Below the pieces are notes generated by a model. The model was not told the origin of the DNA. It searched no databases and saw nothing but the letters and a program-made list of their open reading frames with translations. 64,000 nucleotides of DNA. It comes from a virus. The stretch spans positions 1 to 64,000 of IMG/VR virus record IMGVR_UViG_3300033273_000513; one strand, written 5' to 3'. The translations under genes and the position numbers were made by a program. Below, piece by piece: positions 28,901-37,799 of this stretch (the first letter of the stretch is position 1; each line of letters begins with the position of its first letter).

Positions 28901-29291
28901 AACTGGTACCAACAGCTTTCTTGTTTATACCAATGGCAACGTCGTAAATACCAACAACTCTTATGGCGCTATTTCCGACGCTAAGTTAAAAGAAAACATT
29001 GTTGATGCCACTTCTCAGTGGGATGACTTAAAGGCATTTCGGATTCGTAAATACAATTTTATTGATGGAGAAACCCACACACAGCTTGGCGTTATTGCAC
29101 AAGAGATTGAGACCGTATCGCCTGGTCTTGTCTATGAGACGACTGACCGTGACAACGAGGGCAATGACCTTGGAACAGTTACCAAGAGCGTCAATTACTC
29201 CGTGCTTTATATGAAGGCTGTTAAAGCACTTCAGGAAGCACAAACTAGGATTGAATCACTTGAAGCAAGATTGGATGCGGGTGGTCTTTGA
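25983..29291 (+). CDS. tail fibre with C-terminal S74 intramolecular chaperone
   Basis: MPYIG start, FTGDGSTTTF repeat, RIDSSG repeats, SDAKLKENI..LGVIAQE..VKALQE. Confidence 0.82.
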   Translation: MPYIGQPPVSGDTTKSFRLLDNLASFTLTFDATSSSVVDTTANTLTFANHRFVTAQRVTYTDGGGTAIGGLTDGTAYFVIKVDQNTIQLASSASNANNSTAISLSSGAAGGSHTLNLAFDGTNTKFKATYGNGTKAKISRAGQLLISINGVLQQAQESSTPTLGFGLDSDSTIVFSQAPVSTDVLFGQILADTITNFDTQDNTLDVFTGDGSTTTFNLSKKPASNNDILVTLDGVVQYPTTTSTSNAYSVTESTLTFTAAPADGVAIQVRHIGFAGATSSAVTGLYGRTGNVTLSSSDDDITVGNVTAGIITATSYGSISGTTASFSGNVSIGGTLTYEDVTNIDSVGLITARNGIKVDDLGVQVGTGATVDSAAANTLTFLTNGSERLRIDGSGNFGIAESSPSTHSAGSGIPTLVLKGNNASFTDRSGAVAFVSQDDGSTSRTWMYHDTDFNIQSTTATNIKVHTNNTERLRIDSSGRLLLGTTTEGHTNADNFTLSDSGSCGLSIRSGTSNFGRIYFSDGTSGDDEYRGIIQYDHSNNRMQFAANASTTMTIDSSGRIGMGNDSPGSYSAVADDLVVGNHSGAHGITIAAENNNTAYLRFADGTANSGQQANGQIAYSHADLSMRFNVDASERMRIDSSGNLGIGESSPDTTLHIDSGSTPTTLKISSNTESSIDFEDKGGSANRYKIGTNISSNDGQFELKDMTANAERLRIDSSGNVGLGRNSASSRLHIATSVANASSPVGMQIGNDGSGSGTGASISLGAGNAAASTAGNIAGFYDGTGTALSFNTSSSYGVSVYSERMRIDSSGRLLVGHTSARTNFITTTLQSQIAVEGGYTPYISATKSTNDPYEPYFLLAKTRGSVGGNTIVQNNDGLGTIMFHGADGSTLRQGAYIAAYVDGTPGADDMPGRLVFATTADGSGAATERMRIQNDGLCRAYSNGDGFIAASNQSAGTAFATLVGRHSATSTTTGTNSFLVYTNGNVVNTNNSYGAISDAKLKENIVDATSQWDDLKAFRIRKYNFIDGETHTQLGVIAQEIETVSPGLVYETTDRDNEGNDLGTVTKSVNYSVLYMKAVKALQEAQTRIESLEARLDAGGL

Positions 29292-29311
29292 TAAATAACT
29301 AAAAACCAGAC

Positions 29312-29506
29312 ATGGCTAACTATCATATCAAGAAGTCATCTGTTCTCTTAGTAGGCACAGATGTATATTATGTTGGGGGTAATAGATGGTCTGACGATTT
29401 TGCAGACAGAAAAATCTTTACCAGTGAAACCACCGCACAAAACACCATCTCTAACACGGATGGAACAAACGGAGGATTCTCTGGCGCAAGTGTAGTTAGC
29501 GAATAA
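29312..29506 (+). CDS. small virion-associated protein
   Basis: Own late promoter; YYVGGNRWSDD motif. Confidence 0.65.
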   Translation: MANYHIKKSSVLLVGTDVYYVGGNRWSDDFADRKIFTSETTAQNTISNTDGTNGGFSGASVVSE

Positions 29507-29528
29507 ATAATCAAAAAAGTGTAGCATA

Positions 29529-32500
29529 ATGCCTCTCTCAAGACTAGAGAACTTTCTCAAGAATATTCAGGGCAATGTTATCTACGTTGATCCAAACGAA
29601 TTGGATGCAACTGACAGCATTGAGAACCAGGGCAATTCTCAGACCAGACCATTTAAGACGATCCAGAGAGCTCTTATTGAGGCTGCTAGATTTTCTTATG
29701 TTGCTGGACAGAGAAACGATAAGTTTGATCAAACGACGATCATTCTTGCTGCTGGTACGCACGTAGTTGATAATAGACCTGGATATATCCCGTATGATTC
29801 AAGTAATCAGGCAAAATATTACACGAGATTTGGTCAAGCAAACCAGACTCTGAGTCCTTTTGGTCTTGGTAGTAATTTCGATCTGACATCACCAGACAAC
29901 GAACTCTATAAACTTAATAGTGTTCGTGGTGGTGTTATCATCCCTAGAGGCACGTCTATCGTAGGCAAAGACCTACGTAAGACAAAGATTCGTCCAAAAT
30001 ATGTTCCAGATCCAGAAAATAATGCAATTGAAACGTCTGCAATCTTCAGACTGACAGGTGCATGTTATATTTCTCAGTTCACTATCTTTGATGGTGATCC
30101 ATCTGGTAACGTTTATAAAGATTATACAAGTAACTTATATACTCCAAACTTCTCTCACCACAGACTGACCTGTTTTGAGTATGTTGATGGTGCGAATGCT
30201 GTTACGATTAATGACAGTTTCCTGAACATCAGTTCGACATCAACTGACCTTGATATGTATTATCAAAAGGTCGGTGATGTTTATGATGTTGGTACTGGTA
30301 GACCGATTGAACCAGATTTCCCATCAGGTTCTCTGGATTTCCAGACAAGAGTCGAAGAATATCGTATTGTTGGTTCCAAAGGTCAACAGGTCGGTATCTC
30401 CTCTATTAAAGCTGGAACGGGTGCAGTATCCTCAACCACAATTACGGTTGATCTGGACGGTTCTCTGACTGATCTGTCTATCGATACACCAGTTCGTATC
30501 TCTGGTGTTGGAACTGCTGGATATAATGGTATTCACGTTGTATCTGAAGTTGTATCTTCAACTCAGTTTAAGTACGTTGTACCATCTGCACCAAACAATC
30601 CTCTGCCTACACTGACGAGTGCAGACGTAAACATCGAGATTGATACAATCAACTCTGCGTCTCCTTATCTCTTCAACCTGTCGAAGAGATCTGTCTTTGG
30701 TATGAATGGTATTCACCTGGATGGTTCTAAGGTCACTGGATTCAAGAGTGGTCTGTTAGCACAATTCACAGGTAACGCACTTCAGAAAGACGACAAAGCT
30801 TTTGTTCGTTATAACACAACCTCTGGACAATACGAGGACTACACTGCTGTAGATAACCTGCACCTGGATCCTGAGGCGATCTATCGTCCAGAATATAAGT
30901 CTTCGCACGTCAAAGTGTCGAATGACTCTATTATGCAGGCGGTGTCTGTCTTTGCAATCGGACACAACAACCAGTATGTTGCTGAAAGTGGTGGTGAACT
31001 GTCACTCGCCAACTGTAATGCAAACTTCGGTGAAAATGCCCTGATGTCTGAGGGCTTCAAGAAGACTGCATTCGGTCCTGATAATGCCGCATACATCACT
31101 CACATCATTCCACCAAAAGAGATCACTGATGATGAGACTAACGTTGATTATCTGTCGATTGATGTAGATAAGACAATTGATGTCGGAACAAATACGAGAC
31201 TTTACTTCGAAGGATATACTAATCAGGATGCACCACCTCCACACATTCTGGATGGTTTCCGTGTTGGTTCTAATTTCAATGATAGACTGAGAGTACAACT
31301 GAACATCAATGGAAACGAAGGTGACTTTGTTTCTAAGATTGTAATGCCAACTGCAACTGGTATCACGACTGATACTGGTGCAAAATCTTATGTTGTTGGT
31401 AATGCAGTCGGTGTTAGCAGCATTAGTTCGAATCTTCTGACTCTGAAGTCCAATCATAAACTGATTGATGGTGAGTCGATTCGTATCACTGCGGACAATG
31501 GTTTCTTACCTGATGGTCTGGAAGAGAATCAAATTTATTATGCAATCGTCAGTAGTCTTGATGCTAACACAATCAAGGTTGCAAGAACTCTGAATGATGC
31601 TCTGGACGGAACAGCTCTGACCATCAACAACACTGGTGGAGAACTGAGTGTTGTCAGTAGAGTTTCTGATAAGAAGTCTGGTGATATTGGTCACCCAGTT
31701 CAGTTTGATACTACCAATAAGAATTGGTATATCAATGTCTCTAATATCACTGTTGATAACGAAATCTATCCAACTCTTGTTGGTGTTGGAACAACAGCTT
31801 TAGGACCAAATACACCTAAGACATACTTCACAAGAAAAGGTAACTCCAGAAATCTTGATGATTCAATCTATCGTGTAAGATATGTCATCCCTGCAGGTAT
31901 CACGACTGCAAGACCTCCCATTGAAGGTTATGTTCTGCAAGAAACCAGTGATACAACTGGTGCAAATGACAGTGAAATCACCACAACATCTCTGACTAAT
32001 ATTGATGACCAAAGAAACTTCCACTTCCTGAGCGAAGCTTCCTGGAGCAGCAATGTTGCGACAATAATGTCTGAAGAACCACACCATCTGACTGTTGGTT
32101 CTGTTGTAAATGTAAACAAGATTACATCATCCAACAACACAACTGGTGTTGGTAATTCTGGTTTCAACGGCCGTTTTGCTGTTACAGGTATTACGAGTGA
32201 TAGAGGTTTCCAATATGCACTGACCAGTAATCCTGGAACTTCAACACTGAGTAATCAAACTCGTACTGTTGATGACCTGCCAAACTTTGAGAAGAATGAA
32301 TATTCCAAGTCCTTCTACATCTATAATGTAGAGGAAGTTAAAGAACACATCACGGGTGAACAGGATGGTGTTTATCACCTGACTTGTCTGCACTATGATG
32401 CATCTCCAACAGTAACACCATTTACTGGATTCAAGTTCTCTCAACCAGTCAAGGATCTGTATCCTCAGGTTGATAGAGATAACCCAGTATCTGACCCAAT

Positions 32501-35500
32501 TGCTGCACTCAGCCATGCTGAATCTAAACCAATTGGTAAGGTTGTATCGAGTGATGTCAGAGACAGTATCACCAAAGACTTTGCGAATAAGTTCCTGTTA
32601 GAGAACGGTGTCAGTGTTGGTATCACTAGTATTGTATCTGATAATGGTGCTGGACTTGCACACACTGCATACCTGACTGTTGAACACCAACTGAATTCGA
32701 TTGTATCTGTTGGTATTGCATCTTCTGGTATCGGTTATGGATCTGGTTCTGCAACCACCTTATATGGTGCAAAACTGATTGGTGTTGGTATTGGTAGCAC
32801 TTCAGGTGGTGGAGCACTTGCTAACATCACTGTTGACGCAGTTGGTGGTATCACTGGAGTCACGATCATCAACGGTGGTGGTGCATATGGTATCGGTAAT
32901 TCCCTGGAAGTTGTTGGTGTCACCACAGCTGCAGGACACATTGTTGGTATGGTAACAGTCACTAATGTCTATAATGGCATTGGTGAAGTCATTCAGATTG
33001 CAGGTATTCGTTCGGACACAAACAGCAAACTGAATGATACATTTAGAGTCACTGCAACACCTGATGCAAGAAGTGTTTCGTTTGCATCGACTGATGTTAT
33101 TGACTTTGGTAGAAGTCTTGGTGGTGGTAGCAATAACATTGTAGTTGGTTCTGCAATGTCCAATGCTACAATGTCGTTCATTGGGCCTTCGATTGGTGTC
33201 ACTGCTATCAGTTATGATGTTACGACAGGTATTGCAACGGTTGGAACAGGTAACACCGCACACGGATTCCTCACTGGTTCTAAGATCAAACTGATTGGAG
33301 CTGGACAGACAACTTATAAGGGTACATTTACAGTTCAAGAGAATGTTGGACTGTCTACCTTTACAGTCAATCTGGGTGTATCAACAGTCACTGCTCCAAC
33401 TCTGAGTGGTGAAGTCTTTGCATTACCTGGTGGTTATTCATCTAACGATGGTGCAATCACCGAGGATGATGAGAAAGTTGGTAGCAGAATGAACAGCATG
33501 TATGCTGGCATCACTACCACAATGTCTGCTGGTATTACATCTACATCCTCTTCGATCAGCATCACCAATGCAACTGCAAGTGGTCTGAACATCGGTGATT
33601 ACATCATGGTCGGAAACGAGATGATGAGAATCAAGAATACATCCATCAACTCTGTATTCAGAGGTGTATTTGGTACAGAATCTATCAACCATCCATCTGG
33701 AACTGTTATTAAGAAAGTTCGTGTTGTTCCTGTTGAACTGAGAAGAGGTTCTCTGATTCGTGCTGCAAACCAGACATTTGAGTATGTTGGTTTCGGTCAA
33801 GGTAACTATTCAGTCTCTCTGCCAGAGAAACAAACCAAGGTTCTGTCCACTGAAGATAGAAAGCTTGGACAGACTCAGAGGAGAAATGGTGGTCAGAACT
33901 ACTACACTGGTCTGAATGATGTGGGTGAATACTTCGTTGGTAATAAAGTTATCAAGGGCACCACTGGTGAGGAAGAAGTCTTTGACGCACCAATTCCTAC
34001 AGTCACTGGTGAAACCGCCGTTGATACAACTTATATAGATAGTCTGAAAGTATCTGGTGGTACAGATGGTGATGCACTGTCTAAGTTTGATGGACCCACA
34101 CTGTTCACCAATAAAGTTACATCAACATCTGAAGAGGGTATCGAAGCTAATTCGATTCAGTTACAGGGTGATGCTAAGTCTGCAAGAAAGATCACCGTTG
34201 GTATTTCCACTCCTGTCGTTGGTGGTTCTGCTGGTGACATTACATTTAGTGCCAAACCATCTCAAGGTGGTTATGCTGGTTGGGTTTACACATCCGATAA
34301 TGTATGGAGAAGATTCGGTCTCGTATCTAATGATGTAAACTCTAATAACTATAGTGTTGATAAACTGGGTATTGGCACCACGAGTGCAAATACTGTCCTG
34401 GATGTTCTGGGTGATGTCAATGTATCTGGAACTCTGACTGCAACAACCTTCGGTAATATCAACACTGGTATCATCACCGCCACGAGTTTCGTTGGTGATG
34501 GTTCTCAAATCACTGGTGTAATTGGTATTGGTTCTGGATTCGTCATTCAGAACAATGGAACCACGTTGGGTATGGCTGCAACAGTCAACTTCAACTCCAA
34601 TCTGACTGCTGAATACAGCACGGGTATTGCAACAATCTCCAGTCCTGATACAAACTACTGGAGTAATACTAACGCAGGTATCAACACTACTGCGAGTGTT
34701 GGCATCGGCACCACCAATCCAACCACAGCTCTGACAGTATCTGGTATTGTTTCTGCCACCACATTTGCAGGTAACATCACTGGTACTGGTGCTACGTTCA
34801 CTACATCCACGATCACAACTGCAACGGTTGGTTCTGCTGTTACAATCACAGAATCTGGTATCAACGCTGCAGCTGGTGTTGTTACTGCTACGAGTTTCGT
34901 TGGTGATCTCACTGGTAATGCAGATACTGCAACCACTGCAACCACCGCTGGTTATGCAAGCACAGCTGGTATCGCAACTGTTGCACAAGGATTGACAGGA
35001 ACTCCTGCAATCGCAGTTGGTATTCTTACATCCACCGAAGCTAGAATTGGTAGTGCAGTTACGATTAGTGAGTCTGGTATCAGTATTCACTCTGGTATTG
35101 TCACTGCTACAAGTTTCGTTGGTGATGGTTCTGCTCTGACTGGAATTGGTAACACTGCTGATGTCAGAACCAGCACATTGACTGTTATCGGTGTATCGAC
35201 TATCGGTGCAGGTGCTACATTTACGATCGGTGCAGGTGCTGGAAACGGTATTGAATTCCTCAATGGTAGTAGTTCTAAGATCAGACTTTCGACTGATGAC
35301 GGAGCTACATCACCAAGACTGTTCCTGGGTGCAGTATCATCGAACACTGGTGCAAAACTTCAGGTAAATGCAAGTACTGGTGCTCTGAACATTGATGCTG
35401 ATAACAACATCAACATCAGAACTGCAACAAACGAAGATGCAATCGTCGCAACCGCAAGTGGTTCAGTCGGACTGTACTTCGACGGTTCTGAGAAACTGAC

Positions 35501-36179
35501 CACTGCAAATACTGGTGCGGTTGTCACTGGTATTCTGACAGCCACTACATTCAGTGGTAATCTGACAGGAACCGCAGTAACTGCAACGACTGCAATTGTT
35601 GGTTCCGCAGTAACAATCGGTGAGTCTGGAGTAAATGTAACTGGTGTTGTCACTGCTACGAGTTTCGTTGGTGATGGTTCAGCACTGACTGGTATCTCTG
35701 GTGTATCAACCGCAGATGTTAGAACCAGCACACTGAATGTCGTCGGTGTTTCTACACTTGGTATTGCATCGATCTCTGCATCGGGTATCGTCACCACCAC
35801 AGATTCCGTTGGTATTCTTACATATCACGGTGATGTTTCTAATGCTGCACATCAGAGATGGTATCTGGGTGCAAATGGATCTAGTGATTATACATTCGTT
35901 GGTAGTGGTATGACATTCACCAGACATGATCCAACCTTGTTTGTTGCGAGAGGAAGTGTTGTTGAGTTCGTTAATAACATGGGCGCACATCCATTCCAGA
36001 TTCAACTTGAGTATCAGAACACTGGTGGCACTGCATACAATGATGGTGTTACAAACAATGGCGCGAGTGCTGGAACGGTCAGATTTGAAGTTCCACATGA
36101 TGCACCAAACACTCTTTATTATCAGTGTACTTCACACTCTGGAATGGCTGGAACGATCACAGTTTACCCAACAGTTTGA
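29529..36179 (+). CDS. giant virion structural/tail fibre protein (2216 aa)
   Basis: MPLSRLENFLKN..RPFKTIQRALIEAARFSY; TATSFVGDGS repeats; cupredoxin-like C-terminus. Confidence 0.8.
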   Translation: MPLSRLENFLKNIQGNVIYVDPNELDATDSIENQGNSQTRPFKTIQRALIEAARFSYVAGQRNDKFDQTTIILAAGTHVVDNRPGYIPYDSSNQAKYYTRFGQANQTLSPFGLGSNFDLTSPDNELYKLNSVRGGVIIPRGTSIVGKDLRKTKIRPKYVPDPENNAIETSAIFRLTGACYISQFTIFDGDPSGNVYKDYTSNLYTPNFSHHRLTCFEYVDGANAVTINDSFLNISSTSTDLDMYYQKVGDVYDVGTGRPIEPDFPSGSLDFQTRVEEYRIVGSKGQQVGISSIKAGTGAVSSTTITVDLDGSLTDLSIDTPVRISGVGTAGYNGIHVVSEVVSSTQFKYVVPSAPNNPLPTLTSADVNIEIDTINSASPYLFNLSKRSVFGMNGIHLDGSKVTGFKSGLLAQFTGNALQKDDKAFVRYNTTSGQYEDYTAVDNLHLDPEAIYRPEYKSSHVKVSNDSIMQAVSVFAIGHNNQYVAESGGELSLANCNANFGENALMSEGFKKTAFGPDNAAYITHIIPPKEITDDETNVDYLSIDVDKTIDVGTNTRLYFEGYTNQDAPPPHILDGFRVGSNFNDRLRVQLNINGNEGDFVSKIVMPTATGITTDTGAKSYVVGNAVGVSSISSNLLTLKSNHKLIDGESIRITADNGFLPDGLEENQIYYAIVSSLDANTIKVARTLNDALDGTALTINNTGGELSVVSRVSDKKSGDIGHPVQFDTTNKNWYINVSNITVDNEIYPTLVGVGTTALGPNTPKTYFTRKGNSRNLDDSIYRVRYVIPAGITTARPPIEGYVLQETSDTTGANDSEITTTSLTNIDDQRNFHFLSEASWSSNVATIMSEEPHHLTVGSVVNVNKITSSNNTTGVGNSGFNGRFAVTGITSDRGFQYALTSNPGTSTLSNQTRTVDDLPNFEKNEYSKSFYIYNVEEVKEHITGEQDGVYHLTCLHYDASPTVTPFTGFKFSQPVKDLYPQVDRDNPVSDPIAALSHAESKPIGKVVSSDVRDSITKDFANKFLLENGVSVGITSIVSDNGAGLAHTAYLTVEHQLNSIVSVGIASSGIGYGSGSATTLYGAKLIGVGIGSTSGGGALANITVDAVGGITGVTIINGGGAYGIGNSLEVVGVTTAAGHIVGMVTVTNVYNGIGEVIQIAGIRSDTNSKLNDTFRVTATPDARSVSFASTDVIDFGRSLGGGSNNIVVGSAMSNATMSFIGPSIGVTAISYDVTTGIATVGTGNTAHGFLTGSKIKLIGAGQTTYKGTFTVQENVGLSTFTVNLGVSTVTAPTLSGEVFALPGGYSSNDGAITEDDEKVGSRMNSMYAGITTTMSAGITSTSSSISITNATASGLNIGDYIMVGNEMMRIKNTSINSVFRGVFGTESINHPSGTVIKKVRVVPVELRRGSLIRAANQTFEYVGFGQGNYSVSLPEKQTKVLSTEDRKLGQTQRRNGGQNYYTGLNDVGEYFVGNKVIKGTTGEEEVFDAPIPTVTGETAVDTTYIDSLKVSGGTDGDALSKFDGPTLFTNKVTSTSEEGIEANSIQLQGDAKSARKITVGISTPVVGGSAGDITFSAKPSQGGYAGWVYTSDNVWRRFGLVSNDVNSNNYSVDKLGIGTTSANTVLDVLGDVNVSGTLTATTFGNINTGIITATSFVGDGSQITGVIGIGSGFVIQNNGTTLGMAATVNFNSNLTAEYSTGIATISSPDTNYWSNTNAGINTTASVGIGTTNPTTALTVSGIVSATTFAGNITGTGATFTTSTITTATVGSAVTITESGINAAAGVVTATSFVGDLTGNADTATTATTAGYASTAGIATVAQGLTGTPAIAVGILTSTEARIGSAVTISESGISIHSGIVTATSFVGDGSALTGIGNTADVRTSTLTVIGVSTIGAGATFTIGAGAGNGIEFLNGSSSKIRLSTDDGATSPRLFLGAVSSNTGAKLQVNASTGALNIDADNNINIRTATNEDAIVATASGSVGLYFDGSEKLTTANTGAVVTGILTATTFSGNLTGTAVTATTAIVGSAVTIGESGVNVTGVVTATSFVGDGSALTGISGVSTADVRTSTLNVVGVSTLGIASISASGIVTTTDSVGILTYHGDVSNAAHQRWYLGANGSSDYTFVGSGMTFTRHDPTLFVARGSVVEFVNNMGAHPFQIQLEYQNTGGTAYNDGVTNNGASAGTVRFEVPHDAPNTLYYQCTSHSGMAGTITVYPTV

Positions 36180-36221
36180 TCTGATAAATAATAAAAAATA
36201 AAGGGTGGAGAGTGAAACCCG

Positions 36222-37460
36222 ATGGCAGTAAACAAGAACTTTGTTGTCAAAAACGGATTAGAGGTTGACACTAATACGCTTTTTGTTGATCCCGCGAATA
36301 ACAGAGTTGCCATCGGGACGACAATCCCGACTGCAGCCTTAGATGTAAGAGGTAAAATCCTATCCGACAGTCAGGTTGAAAGTTGGGTAGGTAAATTCGT
36401 TGGTATCGTCACAGCAGGTGCTGTGGGTGTTACCACGATGACTGCGACTGATGCAACAGTCACAGGATTCTCAACACTTGGACGTGCAAATGCTTCGTCT
36501 CTGAATGTCACCACTGGATTTTCTACAGTCCAATCATTAACTGCAACTGACATCACTGTCGGTGCAGGTGTCACCATTAGTGGTGATATTAATGTCTCTG
36601 CGGCTGCAACGGTCGGTGGTGCATTAACAGTTACTGGTGCATCTAAATTTGCACTTGATGGAAGATTTGAAAAAGCATTAGAAATTGGTCAAGATCTAAA
36701 TGTCGGTGCTGCTGCAACGATTACAGGCATCTCAACATTTACAGGTGCCGCTAAGTTTGCAGAGTTTGTAAGATTTGAAAAGGACATCGCAGTCGGTTCT
36801 GCTGCAACAGTCGGTGTTCTGACCGTCACCAATAACACTTACATTGGTGGTAATTTGAATGTTGGTGGTGACATCAACTTGGATGAATTGGTATCCCGTA
36901 ACCTTGAAGTCACTGGTATTGCTACCATTGGTTTCCTAACTGCAACCAATTCGTTCACATCTGGTGTTGGTACGGTTGGATTTCTCACTGCAACAGACAT
37001 CTTCGTATCTGGTGTAACGACAGTTACGCATTTGAATTCCACTAACTCCACACTGAGTGGTATTACCACGATCAGTAATCTGAACGTGGATAATATGGAG
37101 TTAAGTGGCATTGGTACTGTCACTCAACTGAAAGCAACCACCGCAACAATCACTGGTATTATTACAACCAATAGTGGTGTTGAGGTTGGAACTGGTATTA
37201 CTTTATCACCTGAAGGTAATATCTTCTCGACAGGTATCACCACAACTTCGACCAAATTAAATGTTGGTCTTGGCGGCACTATGATGACTGTGGTTGCGGC
37301 TGGAAGTTCCGTGACTGCTGGTATCAACTCCACAAGTCCACAATATGTGTTAGATGTTCATGGCGACATAAATAGTTCTAGCGCAGTTAATGTCGCTGGC
37401 GTCAGCGTCCTGGTGACTGCATCCAACGATGCCACCGCTCTTGCAATTGCTCTCGGATAA
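36222..37460 (+). CDS. tail fibre-like structural protein
   Basis: MAVNKNFVVKNGL; Gly/Thr/Val beta repeats; ends ALAIALG. Confidence 0.7.
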   Translation: MAVNKNFVVKNGLEVDTNTLFVDPANNRVAIGTTIPTAALDVRGKILSDSQVESWVGKFVGIVTAGAVGVTTMTATDATVTGFSTLGRANASSLNVTTGFSTVQSLTATDITVGAGVTISGDINVSAAATVGGALTVTGASKFALDGRFEKALEIGQDLNVGAAATITGISTFTGAAKFAEFVRFEKDIAVGSAATVGVLTVTNNTYIGGNLNVGGDINLDELVSRNLEVTGIATIGFLTATNSFTSGVGTVGFLTATDIFVSGVTTVTHLNSTNSTLSGITTISNLNVDNMELSGIGTVTQLKATTATITGIITTNSGVEVGTGITLSPEGNIFSTGITTTSTKLNVGLGGTMMTVVAAGSSVTAGINSTSPQYVLDVHGDINSSSAVNVAGVSVLVTASNDATALAIALG

Positions 37461-37466
37461 TAAACA

Positions 37467-37799
37467 ATGGCAAACACTTTTAAACTAAAGACTAAAGCAA
37501 ACATCGGAGTTACCACGGTTGGCATCTACACCGTTCCTTCTTCGACTACCACTGTGGTTATTGGTATTACTCTCGCGAACACATCTGGTTCGGGAGTAAA
37601 TGTTGGTGTTGGTGTCACGAGACTCTCTGCAAGTGGAGAAAATATTGATCTTCTAAAAAATGCCCCTCTTCCACAAGGTTCTGCTTTGGAATTCATGCAG
37701 GGTAACAAAGTTGTTCTGCAAGCAGGAGACTGTGTAAGAGTCAACAGTGACACTAATACTAGTGTTGACGCAGCTCTCACAATCATGGAGATTACCTGA
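37467..37799 (+). CDS. small structural protein (MANTFK type)
   Basis: IYTVPSSTTTVVIG..GNKVVLQAGD; follows the ALAIALG protein. Confidence 0.7.
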   Translation: MANTFKLKTKANIGVTTVGIYTVPSSTTTVVIGITLANTSGSGVNVGVGVTRLSASGENIDLLKNAPLPQGSALEFMQGNKVVLQAGDCVRVNSDTNTSVDAALTIMEIT

